The notes under the pieces are model-generated. The model made no database searches. It was not told the DNA's origin and was given only the letters and a program-made list of their open reading frames with translations. From positions 18,414,001 to 18,478,000 of the forward strand of contig JAQFVV010000005.1 in NCBI GenBank assembly GCA_028023455.1: a stretch of 64,000 bases of DNA, written 5' to 3'. This document shows, one piece after another, positions 1 to 12,912 of the stretch. Made by a program: the position numbers and the translations under genes. Position 1 is the first letter of the stretch; each line of letters starts with the position of its first letter. The DNA comes from Epiperipatus broadwayi. Its lineage: Eukaryota > Animalia > Onychophora.

Positions 1-660
1 TAGTATTTTGATTTACTGAGAATATTAAAACTGAACAGTGAAGAAATAGTCACACATGAAAATGATGGACCCTGGACATCAGCTCAATTCTGTTATTTCC
101 AGTGTTTAAATATCATATGACTTCCTGATTAACAAACTACTTAATTACTGATATTCTGCATGATGGTAAGATATTGAAATCAAGAATTACAATTCTACTG
201 ATCACATTCCAGGTCTCAAATATAATACGATCTCCCATGTGACAAACTATTCAATAAATTATACCTTGCAGGGTTTACTGCAGTAATGGAGTGGTACAGT
301 CAAGAATTAAAGTCCCATGAATCACATACTGTCTTTGTAACATTTCCAGTGTTTAAACATAATATAATTCATAATCATTCAATTATTTGTGCCCTCTATA
401 ATTTAGTGCAGTCATAAAGTGACAGGCTCGAGTTCTAAAGATCCCTAAATCACAGATTAACTATCACTCTAAATTTTTGAATATCATATCTCCTCCTGAG
501 TAACAAACTATTTAATTAATTGTGTCCCACATAGTTTAGTGCAATGAGTGTAGTGAACTCAAGAGTTAAAGATTCATGGATTGCAATTCAACTCTATCAC
601 TTTCAATGCTCTAACACTATATGACTTTCCAACAAACAAACCATTTGATTCTTTTTAGAA
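1..660 (+). repeat. Decayed tandem array (~5 units, ~130 bp period) of a tRNA-like/SINE-like repeat
   Basis: Recurring motifs: aaactat..aatta, tagtttagtgca, tcaagaattaaag/tcaagagttaaag, ttccagtgtttaaa. The best unit (~530-610) resembles catagtttagcgcagcggtagagtgacg at ~62975. Confidence 0.45.
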
Positions 661-959
661 AAAAACATTAATGCCTTTGAGTTATGGTGCTATGGAAGTC
701 TTGGAAATATCATATTAGTGTGATGTAGAGAAGCTATGGAACAGAAAAATTGGATTGAACTTGGAGAGACTTTCATCTCATAATGAACTGATAAGGGTTG
801 AAAATGAAATAATTGCTAAGTTCTCTGCCAAAAGCAGTTTGATTATCTAGATTTAAAAAAAAACTTAATAAAATAATATTCCACCATCAACAATAATAAC
901 AATAATGAAATGATGATGATAATAGTAATTTTATTTTCTTTTACTTATTAAATAAGTAA

Positions 960-2940
960 TATATATATATATAAAATACATATTTTGCGGGTTCATCCGT
1001 GTTAAAAACTTTTAATATCAATATACTGACGTTTCGACACAAGCCATCCACAGAGTTATAAAAAGGTAGAAAGACGGTTGTAGAGGCGCTACAATCACTG
1101 GTTTGAATAAAACATTAAAAATCCCACCAATAGCAAAAATGTTAAATTTAAGAATGTTTTTTAAAGAAATCTTCCAAATAGAGGAAGTTCATATATCTCC
1201 TTATTGATACAATCTCCTTTAAGTATCTCAATCTTCTCTATTTTGCATTTAGAGATTATCACATCTATATGATCCTGACTAGAAAAATCTATTTTATGAC
1301 CTGAATCTATAGTATGAGTGAGAGTTGATGATGATGAGTTTTTTAACTGCATTAATGCCATCTCTCCTAACATGATGCGACGATTACTCATACCTATGTA
1401 AGAAGCTTTACAATTTTTACATGAGATTTGATAGACACCATGAGATTCAAGAGGGATTAATCTTAGGCTTGGTTATTATATCTGATTTTTATGACAGAAA
1501 ATGCTGTATCTATATTATAGCGTTTTAATATACTCCATACTTCTTAGTTCCTTTTACATATGGAACACAAATCCTAATAGCTGACTTACATCTTTTTTTC
1601 CTATTTTCTATTTTTAAATAAGGCTTTTTTTATAAATTTGTAATTATAACTATTTGCTAATAAAACACTATTAATATGATTTATTTCTTCTTTCAGAGGT
1701 ATCTGAAAGGTTAATTGTCTATTTAAAAGAGTTTGCTACAGAAACTATCTGAGTTGGTGATGATGAGAATGGAAATGTAAATATCTGCTTGTACCTTGTA
1801 AATAGAAAAAGATAAACTATTGGTGACTAGAACATCAAGAAAAGGAGTTTTATCAGACTTCTCCATGTAAATTTAATATGAGGATGATATTATTTAAATG
1901 TAAGAAAAAATCATCTAATGTATTTTTTCATCCATATGAAAAAGGGTACTATTATCGAGCCAAATGAGAGTTTTAAAGATGATGATCTAAGAAGTTTCTA
2001 TATATCCTGAATAAATCAGCTATTACTCCTGAGATAGGTGAGCCCATAGGAGTACCAAAAACTTCAAGTGATTGTATACAAAATATTATTTAAGAGAAAT
2101 TTAATCAAAGCAATAATGGTAAATTATGTTGTGGTTATATTTAAAGCTTCATCAATTGGAATTTAAACAAGACAAAAAAATACAGAACACTAGCATTAAT
2201 TTTTAAACTTTTAAAACAAAATAAAATGAAGAATTTTAATATATATTTAATAGATGGGGTATTTAATAAACCAAATATTAGCTAAAATATAGTTGGAGAA
2301 ATGACTTACTATTGGACGAAGAGGAGTATCTTTTGGATTTATAAAATTTGGCGACCAAGATTTTACGAGGTATTTATTTTTTATCTTTTAAGGTTTATTA
2401 ATAATAGCTTTTTTTTAAAAAGAGATTTTGATATATAGTTTTATCATAAGCAGACTAAAATTTTATTAAATACTTTATAAGACAACAATGCGTTTATTTT
2501 TTCTTTTAAAAATATTTTAGGAAAAGCTTTTTTAAATATTACAAACCTAGCTAAACAAGGAACATTTAAAGAGACAAAAGAAATTTCAAAAGTACCGGGA
2601 AGGGTAAAGCAAAATTGAAATTTTCTAAAAAAATTATAGAGAGGCTTAGATAAAACTTTTTTTTGGGTTCGTTGATTTTTTTTAAACCAACTTAGACGAC
2701 AAAAGAAAACAAAAACCAAGTAAAGGAGTATTTTATACTAAGGAATAAAAAAGTAGCAATATTTACTGCTAAATTTTTTCTTTAATAAAAGAGTAAAAAA
2801 TATTTTTGAATATAACATATAATCTAAAACAATTTAAAAGGGATAACGTGTTTAACAAAAAGAAAAAAAAGAACTACATTTTACCACTTTAAAATTTGAA
2901 TCCTAGTAGTAATGTTAAAACAAATTAAATATATAAAATA
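960..2940 (-). mobile_element. Penelope-like element (PLE): frameshifted RT + GIY-YIG endonuclease ORF with 3' pseudo-LTR
   Basis: Minus-strand translation shows KDTPLRPIVS (~2310-2335), FGTPMGSPISGVIAD (~2020-2065), TPFLDVLV (~1825-1860). The C-terminal part (~980-1560) is the reverse complement of the GIY-YIG segment at 3310-4030. Confidence 0.85.
1021..1059 (-). ncRNA. Degenerate minimal hammerhead ribozyme at the PLE 3' end
   Basis: Sense reads ataact-CTGTGGA-t-ggc-ttgt-gtc-GAAAC-GTC-agtatat. Stem II, GAAAC and GUC are present, but the core reads CUGUGGA rather than CUGANGA. Confidence 0.5.
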
Positions 2941-2959
2941 CATATTTTGGAGTAAAAAC

Positions 2960-3290
2960 TTTATACAATATACTGATGGAAAACACAATATAAAAAGAGA
3001 AAGAGGTAGAGGGACAAATGTTTGAATAAAACATTAAAAATCCCACCAATAGCAAAAATGTTAAATTTAAGAATGTTTTTTAAAGAAATCTTTCCAAATA
3101 GGAGGAAGTTTGCACGTATCATCTCGCTTATTGATACAATCTGGCCTTTTAGTATCTCAATGGCTTCTCTGATTTTGCATTGGTAGAGATTATCACATCT
3201 GGATATGATCCTGGTACTAGAAAAATCTATTTTATGATCTGAATCTATAGTATGGAGTGAGAGTGCTGATGATGATGAGTGTTGTTTAAA
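2960..3290 (-). mobile_element. Partial tandem copy of the PLE 3' end (5' pseudo-LTR)
   Basis: Direct repeat of ~1020-1340 (tttgaataaaacattaaaaatcccaccaatagcaaaaatgttaaatttaagaatg...). Confidence 0.8.
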
Positions 3291-4030
3291 GAAGAAATAA
3301 ATCATATTAATAGTGTTTTATTAGCAAATAGTTATAATTACAAATTTATAAAAAAAGCCTTATTTCAAGCCCAAAATAGACAAAATAGGAAACAAAAAGA
3401 TGATAAGTCAGCTATTAGAATTTGTGTTCCATATGTAAAAGGAACTACAGACAGTATCGGACGTATATTAAAACGCTATAATATAGATACAGCATTTTCT
3501 GCTCATCAAAAGATCAGCAATATAATAACCAAGCCTAAGGATTCAATCCCTCTTGAATCTCATGGTGTCTATCAAATCTCATGTAAAAATTGTAAAGCTT
3601 CTTACATAGGTATGAGTAATCGTCACATCAGTGTTAGGAGAGAGAGCATGCTAATGCAGTTAAACAACCTCATCATCATAGCACTCTCACTCCATACTAT
3701 AGATTCAGGCAAAAAAGATTTTTCTGTACCAGGATCATATCCAGATGTGATAATCTCTACCAATGCAAAATCAGAGAACCATGAGATACTTAAAAGGCCG
3801 TTGACAATAGCGAGAGATACGGCAAACTCCTCCTATTTGGAAAGTTTCTTTAAAAACACTAATTTAACATTTTTGCTATTGGTGGGATTTTAATGTTTTA
3901 TTCAAACCAGGATTGTAGCCCTCCACCGCTTTCTACCTTTTAACTCGTGGATGGCTTGTGTGACCAAGTCGAAACGCGTATTTGATATTAAAATTTAAAC
4001 GGTGAACCCAAAGATTTTATATATTAACCG
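3279..4030 (+). mobile_element. Inverted PLE 3' segment encoding GIY-YIG endonuclease
   Basis: ORF 3279-3893 contains ICVPYVKGTTDSIGRILKRYNI and HGVYQISCKNCKASYIGMSNRHISVR. It is followed by a hammerhead-like ggcttg-tgtgac-caagtc-GAAACGCGT at ~3950-3980. Confidence 0.9.
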
Positions 4031-4287
4031 TGCAAACTTCGTTAACATTTGAGAGAGAATAATTCCAAACAAGGTGAACTTATGTAAGGAGTTATTCATG
4101 AGGGTCATTATACTAATTATTGAAAAAATAATACATATATATTATTCATTTTAAAAAAACATACAGAGAATAATTTACAAAGATTAATACAAATAATGGA
4201 ATAGATATAAAAATTAATTACACACATATAACAAAAAAAGAATGAACGTATACACATTAATTAAGTACAATACGTATAAGTGTTAAA

Positions 4288-4350
4288 ACAACAGCAGCAG
4301 CAGCAACAGCAACAATAACAATAATAATAATAATCATCATCATCATCATA
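4288..4350. repeat. Compound trinucleotide microsatellite (CAG/CAA/TAA/CAT)
   Basis: acaacagcagcagcagcaacagcaacaataacaataataataataatcatcatcatcatcat. Confidence 0.9.
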
Positions 4351-4585
4351 ACATCTAAATATCTGTAATTGCGAATTGAAAATGATTATTTCCCACTAAG
4401 TTACATAGCATCAATATGATTAGAGATAATACAATAATCAAAGCTATGCTATGACATATGGAAAAAAAAAATCGAAGCTATAAACATTTTTGAATATATA
4501 AAAAGATAAATAATCATCATCTATTGAATAGTTAGTAACAAAAGAATTAAACAATCTGAGACCATTGTAATTAAATTATCTATGA

Positions 4586-5018
4586 CAGGGGTCCCCAACC
4601 CTATGCCCACAGGCACCATGGCGCCCGCAGACCATTTTATGTGTGCCCTCCACTATCCGAACACGATAAAAAATTATTTATCTGATACAAATAAATTTAA
4701 TTTTTGAATTTTTTTTATTAATTATTGTATTATATTGTAATCAAATTGTAGGGCATACTATAGTTTTACAGCGTAAAAATATCAATTATATGTTAAAATT
4801 TTATTTTTGAAATAAATATTTTTTTGTACATTATGTGTATTATTAACAATATCCAACTATAAATTTACATGTGATGTGATGCAATGTACTGTGGCTTCTC
4901 CTTAAACAAAGTCAAGAATATCTCGGCAATTATGCCCAGATAAAAAAATAAATGGTGCCCGCCACCTGGCTGGTATTATGGAATGTGCTCTTAAGTGCAA
5001 AAAGGTTGGGGACCCTTG
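4586..5018. mobile_element. Non-autonomous hAT (Charlie-type) MITE
   Basis: TIRs CAGGGGTCCCCAACC ... GGTTGGGGACCCTTG. Perfect 8-bp TSD ATCTATGA at 4578-4585 and 5019-5026. Confidence 0.93.
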
Positions 5019-5639
5019 ATCTATGACTATTATCCAAGTAAAAATCTGAGGCAATGTTAAGTGAAATTTTTTAGCTAAATTGATATCTATAATTGACATT
5101 TTATGTCACAATAAAGAATGACAATGATGTATATTATGACACATACATATATATGTGGTACATAGAACAATTTAAAAATAAAAATTAGAAAGAGAAAAAC
5201 AAAAGAATATATATTTTAAAAATAAAAAAGAGACAATTTATTAGGTAAAAATATAAATATATTTTTCTTTAAATAAAACCTGTTAAAATGTAGGAATTTT
5301 TAATATTTAAAACAACACTTATCTTCTCTCTTTTAACTAAGAAAAAAATTCCAATGAATTATAAAAACAAAAGAAAATAAATTATAAATATAACTATGTA
5401 AAAATAACTATAAAGTTACTTTTGAAAAAATTGCATTGTATAAACAATAATTGAAACTAGGTAATCAGTGATCTAATTAAAAATCTCTAATTTGTGTAAA
5501 TTATCCAATCAGAAAAAAATTGATTTTATTAAAATTTAGTATTTCCAACTGATTAGATAATAAGTTTGATCAAATTGTAATTAAAAATTTAGAAAAGAAA
5601 ATTAATAATTAAAAGAATTTGGAAAACTAATTAATAACG

Positions 5640-6400
5640 TAGGTAGTCAGATAATGGATGACAAAGGTATATAAGCTACAAATTTCTTATTGTTTTATTT
5701 TTATTCTTATTCTTCTGACAAGTTTTAGTGTGAGAAGTCTATAAAATTTGTTAGAGTTCTGCTATCAGTTAGGGCAAAAGTGCGCCATTAATCATTCAGT
5801 CTACTTCCAGTTTTTATACAAGTTTCCTGTTCATCAATCAGAAATGTATAGCAATATTCATGGATATCCAAACATTACGATGCACTGCTGAACCTCAGAG
5901 GGGTGTTAATTCAGATTTCACTGCCTGGTTTCTGTGACATCTGATGCCTGATATGCAGTAAAGACCTTTGTCTACTATTTAAGATCCATGCCTGTAAATT
6001 TAGATGTTACTGTGAACAAGATATGTGCCAACCTGGACTATAGGAGCAAACAACTGCCTAAAGAAGTTAGGAGTGCTGCTATTGAATTCCAATACCTTTG
6101 ATAAATACAGTGATGATCATTCCAGAAATGAAGCTACAACAAAAACCTAGGTAAATATAAAATATCAAATACAATGTCCACACAAACTGTTATTCTTTTG
6201 AAACTTTATAACTAAAAGCAATTGGGTTGTTTATCCTTATTTTAGAAATGGACTAAACCTTAGCAAAACATGCCATAATTAATTTACCTCATTTTTAGTT
6301 GAATATTATGTTAATGTTTTACTTTTGTTTTATGTGTATGTAAATAAACATGTTACTTTAACTTGTTAATTTGGCTTAGTATTTTCTCTCCATACCTCAC
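5640..6400 (+). mobile_element. Possible LTR-like promoter module upstream of the PBS
   Basis: TATATAAG (~5668), then TCAGT-type initiator motifs, a cctag|gtaa donor-like site (~6147) and AATAAA (~6343). LTR termini could not be defined. Confidence 0.3.
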
Positions 6401-6882
6401 CATATAACATTTTAATTACCATATAATAGTATTAAGTAAATTTACAGTTAATTATATACATGTGTTATAAATATACTTGCTCTGATAGTCTGATTTAAGC
6501 CAGTTTTGTATTCTTGAACTATCCAGGTGAAGTCAAGTGCTGGAAGGATTTTAAACTCTTGTTTTGAGTATATTCTAGTCAGTCTTGGCTAGCTAGCATC
6601 AGTAAATCATCCCAATACCAATAAAAATATCCACCAGGGATGTTTGCTTCCTGCAGCTAATGAGGGGTTTAACAGTCTGGAAATGTGATTGTTAATCATA
6701 TATTCTTGGTCTGATTGTTGGTATGAATAGTAAGAAAAAATACTGTCTATATTTAACTTATTTGTTTGAAATAATGAAATCTGCTAAATACATAAAATAT
6801 TTATTATTAATTTAGAAATGTAAATTCAATTTAGTTTAAATGCAAAGGCATGTTATTGGAATTAGCATATTTTAGTTATAAA

Positions 6883-6901
6883 TGGTGCCCAACATGGGGG
6901 C
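6883..6901 (+). promoter_or_regulatory. tRNA-Lys(CUU)-type primer binding site of an LTR retrotransposon
   Basis: TGGTGCCCAACATGGGGGC versus canonical TGGCGCCCAACGTGGGGC: both substitutions are CpG decay, plus one extra G. Followed by 2-3 degenerate ~38-bp tandem units (to ~7005). Confidence 0.7.
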
Positions 6902-7769
6902 ACAAATGTCCATTATAAATATTACTCCAAGGTAGGTACCTGAAATGTCCATTATAAATATTACACAAATATGGGTACCTGAAATTTTTGTTATAAATGG
7001 CATGAATTTTTATTAAATATCCCTTCAATGTGAGTGCCTAAACAAGTTCATTTCTTTTGTATTGAATGCAAATATTTGAGCAAGTGATTACATTTTAATT
7101 ATCATCATAAAGTGAATTATAATACAATAAAAGTTAAAATTGGTAGGAGACATGAGAGGGGAGAAAATGGCCAAAATTGAAATAACTTTATTGGTTAAGC
7201 AAATATATATATATATTGTACCAATATTGTAATTGGCACATAACAATTTGTTTAAAAAAAATTATTAGAAATAAAAATCTTTTGTTAAAAGAGAAGTAAT
7301 GGGTAAACATTTAAAAGTTTCTTTATTAAATGTAAATGCAGTCTGTTTTCGTGAAAATAAGATTTAAAAATCAGAGTTCTTGAAATAAAATTTACAATTG
7401 ATTATTTAAAAGAGGGGAGGGGGAGTTTTCCTATAGAAAAAAACGAAGAGTTCATAAAAGTTAAAGTTATTATTATAAATTAAAAGTTAAAATATAAATC
7501 TCTTTTCATTCGAGCTTATTATAATAAATTATATGTGTGTGCAAGTGTAAACAAATGTATGCGTGTTAGAATAATATTAAAAAAATATAAATGAAAGTTA
7601 AAAAGAAATTATATTTAACAAACACACAGCAGTGGGCTACTAATTAAAGATATAAAAACAACACATTTGTGATGGCTACTACTAATTAAACAATCTTCAA
7701 AAACACGTCAAAGGGATTAGTTACTAAAGGAATTTCGACAACAGATATTGCCGGCAGATATTAAAACAA

Positions 7770-8460
7770 AAACACTTTGCATATATAAATAGCCAGAATT
7801 TTATTGGATGTTCAGTTTTTGTCAGTTTCAGTCTAGTTTTTGTCTAGTGTCAGTCTTGTTTCAGTTCAGATAACAGTGCAGTTTATATTATGTATCCAGA
7901 AACAGAAATGAAGTGCTGAGCAGCTTTTGGGAATATACACTCTTACTTCAGCCCTTTTAGTCCAACAAGATCATCAAAACCTGCCCATGAAATAATGTCT
8001 GCATAACAGCTCAGAAATCCTCTGTCAATGTTCAACTGTCTCCAGAAATAATAATCATGAAGAATAATAAAACTCCTCAAAAAAATGTCCCAGCCGGCTG
8101 AAAATATTCTAACCTAAAGCAGTAATCAAAGAAAATGAAGTGCTACGTCCACATTCAAAATCCTAGGTAACAATATTTCATATTCTTATTTCTATAGTAG
8201 CCATCGCCTTTGTAAAAATTCAAGATTCTAATTATATAAACTTTATAAGCATGCATAAAATGAACTATTGATGCATGTTTGTGAATGCTATATGATTTAT
8301 AAATGTCAAAGATTATTTATGCTTTCTCATAAGATATATTGTAGCATGTTAAAATAAAATGTGCGTGTGTTATCTTAGATTTATAAAATGTTTAAAATTA
8401 GTAAATGTTAATTAAAATAAATGGTCTTTAAAACTTATACTTTATTTGTCGGTCAATTCT
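7770..8460 (+). mobile_element. Second LTR-like promoter module
   Basis: TATATAAATAG (~7781), then clustered TCAGT motifs (7812-7870), cctag|gtaa (~8162) and AATAAA (~8417). A purine tract agaggggagggggag lies at 7411. Confidence 0.35.
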
Positions 8461-9129
8461 TTTTATCAATCTCTTTTTACCAATTCTTTTTTTCTATATT
8501 TTATTATTGATTAAAATTAGACTGGGCTAGTTTTTGGGATCGTTTCAAGCACTTGATTATGAGCCTACTGACCAAATATGTTAGTCTGTGACAAGCTGGC
8601 ACCCGGGGTTTACTCCGAAACAAATAAAGTGTTTGGATAGTAGGGGTTTGAATCTAGCAGCCGAGGTGGGCCATTGTTGATAGTTAAAGCTATCAATAAT
8701 ATTTCCCATTTTGCTCGAACGTGCCGGTTTGTTTACGTAACATTTATAATTAAATAAGATTATAAATGTATTATGGAGAAGTTTAAAACCAGCCAAAACA
8801 TATATGCATGTAAGTAAGTTTATTCTGCAGATCGGTAAAGGCACAATATATATATATACTTGAAGTTAAAAGATTAGATAAAGTATAAAGTAAATAAATA
8901 AGTCATTACAGTCAGACAGATAAATAAAAACAGTAATGATGGGAAACATAAGTAATCAGGCAGATGATGTTAGAGGGGACTGGTGTATAGATTGAATGAA
9001 CACACCAATCAAATAAAATAAAAAATTAAAAGTAATTATTAAATAAGTTTAATTAAAAGAGATAATAAAACACTTGTAATATTATTATTCTAAAAATATA
9101 ATAAAACTAAATAGGGTAAATGCATGCCA

Positions 9130-10450
9130 GAGCATGAACAAAAATGGAAGCTCAAGACAAAGAATTAAAAAAAAATCCCAGCAAGAAACAACAACAAAAA
9201 CAAATCAAAAAATGTGAAATATTAAATAAGCCAGAAAATAGTGACATCATGACTCTGAAGAATAAAATGTTTGAAAAAAATTGAACAAACGGTGAAGAAA
9301 GTAGAAAACAAAATAACAAGACAAATATAAAATTGGAAAAATGGAAGATGAGCTTAAAAGTCAATATAATGATTCAAGCAAAAAATTAGAAAGTCAAGCT
9401 GAAATGTTTGAAAAATTAGAACAGCAAGTTAAGTCAGGATATGAAAAATTGAAAGAGGAAATTATGATAGAAATCTGCAAAAATATAAAGCAGGTTGAAA
9501 GCCAAATAGAAACAGCTTACCAGGAAATTGAAAAAATTAAAATAGTACAAAAAGAAAAAACAAAGTTATGAAAGATAGTAACAAAAAATAAATTAAAGAA
9601 TGAAAGGATAGTAGAGAATATGAGGGTTGAAATAAATAATTTAGCTGAGAAGATAGATAAAATTGAGTTTAAAAGTAGGAAAAATGAAACACATAAAGAA
9701 ATTGGAAAAATTAATGTTAGTAATTGTGAGCAGGAGAGTGTAAATATAAACATGCAGATACAAAGTAATAATCCTGCAATAGTAAACCAATTGCTGAAAA
9801 TGATCTTTTCAGATTACATGGGTGAGGGGATCCCACAGAACATATTAGTAGCTCGAAATGATTTCATATTGAACCACATTAAGTGAGGAGGCCATGATCA
9901 CTATTGTCTGCATCCATTTGCATGGCACTTCACATCCATGATGAAACTCCATTTAAAAAGCCAATAATTTTTTCACAAATATGTGGCAAGATGAAAATGG
10001 TGACCTGGTGAACCTTCCATAGACAAGTAGCCAAATTATATGTTTTAATGGCCAGCCCATTGTCTGAACAACAAATTATTAGGAAAGTGCAACATAATTT
10101 CCCTTATAATGTCAAATAAATGCTCATTGGAACCAAAAGAAAGGCTGCTGAGCAGATGGTCAAAGTACTGAGTGCTTTTGATAGCACCAGATCTAGTTAC
10201 AAAGGCCAAAGATTGGGGATGTAAACCTTATCCAAAAAAATCAATGGTAAATGCAATGAAATTTAATCCTAGAAGAAATTCCTGGAGTATATCCACAAGA
10301 CAATTTTCCCACAATCCTGAAAAAACAAAAATCTTCAGATGAACTAGAAGTGATTCAGATCTCACTTAGTCAAAACAATATGAAAACCCAAGGGGTGATC
10401 CCCCTTCATGAATGGCTACTTCAGAAAATATCAGAAAAAGAACCAGCTGA
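9130..10450 (+). mobile_element. Degenerate Ty3/Gypsy gag
   Basis: Coiled-coil K/E-rich ORFs 9341-9571 and 9620-9886, then KLYVLMASPLSEQQIIRKVQHNFP (~10030-10105). This resembles the L-x-P-x-SE-x-x-IIRK-x-x-x-HF motif of insect gypsy gag. Multiple stops and frameshifts. Confidence 0.65.
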
Positions 10451-11423
10451 TAAAAACTAAATTAGCATCTGGATAGACTCTCAGACTTGACTTGAAAAAA
10501 CAATCTCGGATTATGTAATATGAAATGATTTAGATAGAAGTAATGAAAATGATTTAAAACAGAAATGTTTTCTAATAAAAAAAAGTAAAAAATAATTATC
10601 TGTATCCAAAAAACCTTTTTAAAAGAAAATAAATTTAAATTATAAGTATTATAAGTACAACTCACATTCAAGAGTTTATCAGTACACCAGACTATAAGTC
10701 TGGGATTTCAAGAGTTTATGAGTAACCCAGCTTATAAGTCTGTGATTTAAACACAGCAAAGTATGACAAAATAAATAGGTAAAAAAATTAAAATATAGCA
10801 TATTCAAAGTGAAAAATACTTTAAAATAATAATAATAAATATTGGACATTAATAGAAAATAATCCAAATCATGTCATTTATTTCAGTACAGGTTGACCAA
10901 TGAGTAAGACAATTATAGATTGAGGTGTGTGTGTGTGTATGTGTACATCAGTATATTCCCAGTGTGTTAATAAGTAAAAAGTATATCAGTGCATGTAGAA
11001 ATTGTCCATCATATTTTGTGTTTGAATAAGCTATTTCTTCATGAGACATTGATCTGCAGATGGGTCTGTGCATCAAGTCCATTTATAATGATGATGTGCC
11101 AGTAGAGAAATGTTCTGGTATCATTAACATTGTAGCTGGAAGCAAAATTCCCAGTGTGTTAATGAGTAAAAATATCATAAGTGAATGTGCAGTAGAGATA
11201 GTCCTAGATTTCAAGTCCCTGTTTTTCAACTGTATTATACAAATATTTAAATCTCTATATCTATGTTGTTTTCTTTTACTTTACATTTTCTATATAATAA
11301 ATATATGCCTGCTCAATAGCAGTTTCAGTAATAACACATCTAGAAAACAGCCTACTTAATATTCTTATGATCTTGCCAATGAATCTTATGTAGCATTTTA
11401 ATTTTTTTTTTCCATATCATATC

Positions 11424-12063
11424 AGTGATACATAATAACTCCACTTTATTTTTTATAAAATTTTCAGAGATATTAAAATAGTGAAAAGATAATATAATGA
11501 TCAAAACAAAGATTATAGCCACGGATATTGATAAAATTTTCAGAAAAATAAATTAAATGGCTGAGCGCTTTCAAGAAAATTTACTTCTCATAATCATAGC
11601 CCTAAATAAAATAAAATTAATGACTTGTTCTTTGAAATCATTATATAACTACAATATGCAAATTCTATGCAAATGAGTCCTTATGACCATCTTTTTGATA
11701 TAGCAAAACAAGCTTCTTTATTTAAGCATGAGAACTATGGTAATATGCCATCATTATATGGTTACACTTGCAAATGGAATGCACTAGATAAAGGTCAAAA
11801 GCAAAATAATGATAGTACAGTTTCTCATTGAAATTTATAACTAAAGTTTTCTATTTCATAGAAATAATTGCAAGCACGGCGCTAGATAAAATATTTGCTT
11901 ATTTATTTCATAGAAAGTTCACTTCCAAAAATTGTGGCATTTATTAGTGATACATAATAACTCCACTATTTCACTTTATTTTTATAAAATTTTCAGAGAT
12001 ATTAAAACAGTGAAAAGATAATGTAATGATCAAAACAAAGATTATAGCCACAGATATTGATAA
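11424..12063 (+). repeat. Direct repeat of ~112-118 bp (11424-11534 and 11946-12063)
   Basis: agtgatacataataactccact...ttttcagagatattaaaa(t/c)agtgaaaagataat(a/g)taatgatcaaaacaaagattatagccac(g/a)gatattgataa occurs twice. Confidence 0.9.
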
Positions 12064-12839
12064 CTAATTTGAGTTTTACTATGCCTGATTACATTGAAAG
12101 AAAGACTGAAAACTATTTGAAATATGTACCTTAACATAAAACAATGAATAAACAATGCTGAACATAATTAGAAGTTTTAAGTAAAGATATGGAATATCTG
12201 GAATCTAGGATATCTTTCTCTGAATTAAAGTTTTATTTTTGCAAGTGTTTTTTTATTATTAAAATAACTTTTTAATAGTATTTCAAATAAAATAAAAAGT
12301 GCCTACATTTTAATATTTTGTTTAAATAATAAAAAGATATTTAAAGTATTATCAGACAATTAAAGTCTTCAAGAAAAATCCTTGTGTAAGCTAAATGTAA
12401 TCTATTTTTTGATTTTATAAACAAATTCTATAAATATTCATAAAAGACAACGGGAAACCAAGTAAGAACTTAACGTCTGTCTGAAGGTTTATGACGATGG
12501 CATTTTTATTATAGTTATATGTTAAATTATTTTCAACACTTTACTTGAATTATTAAATGTTTAAAATAAATTCAGTCTTGCTTTATACTTTTCCAAATAT
12601 TTTTGATTGTAAGTAATAATCCAAATGGAAATATTGAATCAAATGTTTTAAGTGATATAATTATATTTTTTATGTGGTCCGACTAGTAACAATATATTAT
12701 GGTAATTAAATCAGTAACATTTAGATTGGTGAATCCTGAAGTTAAATGTGATGCTCTAACCGAATAGGCCATTCTGCAATAAAGTTTAAATTTTTCTAAG
12801 AACATTTAATAATTCAATTCCCCAAAAGAAATCTAAGCA

Positions 12840-12912
12840 TCAAAAGTGGTAGACCCAGAACTGCAATCCATGAACCATGAGCCTCAGAATCTGCAATTCT
12901 CAAACTATGCAA
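12840..12912 (-). mobile_element. tRNA-like SINE fragment (same family as 1-660 and 62860-63085)
   Basis: Reverse complement gcatagtttgagaattgcagattctgaggctcatggttcatggattgcagttctgggtctaccact. Confidence 0.45.

Noticed and set aside
6655-6700. Hammerhead-like CTAATGAgggg...GAAAtg
   Set aside because: The core is mutated and no stems could be formed.
6900-7010. CRISPR-like array
   Set aside because: Only 2-3 degenerate ~38-bp tandem units with no unique spacers, in a eukaryotic context with no cas genes.
10668-10750. 40-bp tandem pair with an internal hairpin (ccagactataagtctgg)
   Set aside because: Two units only; an ordinary local duplication after the gag remnant.
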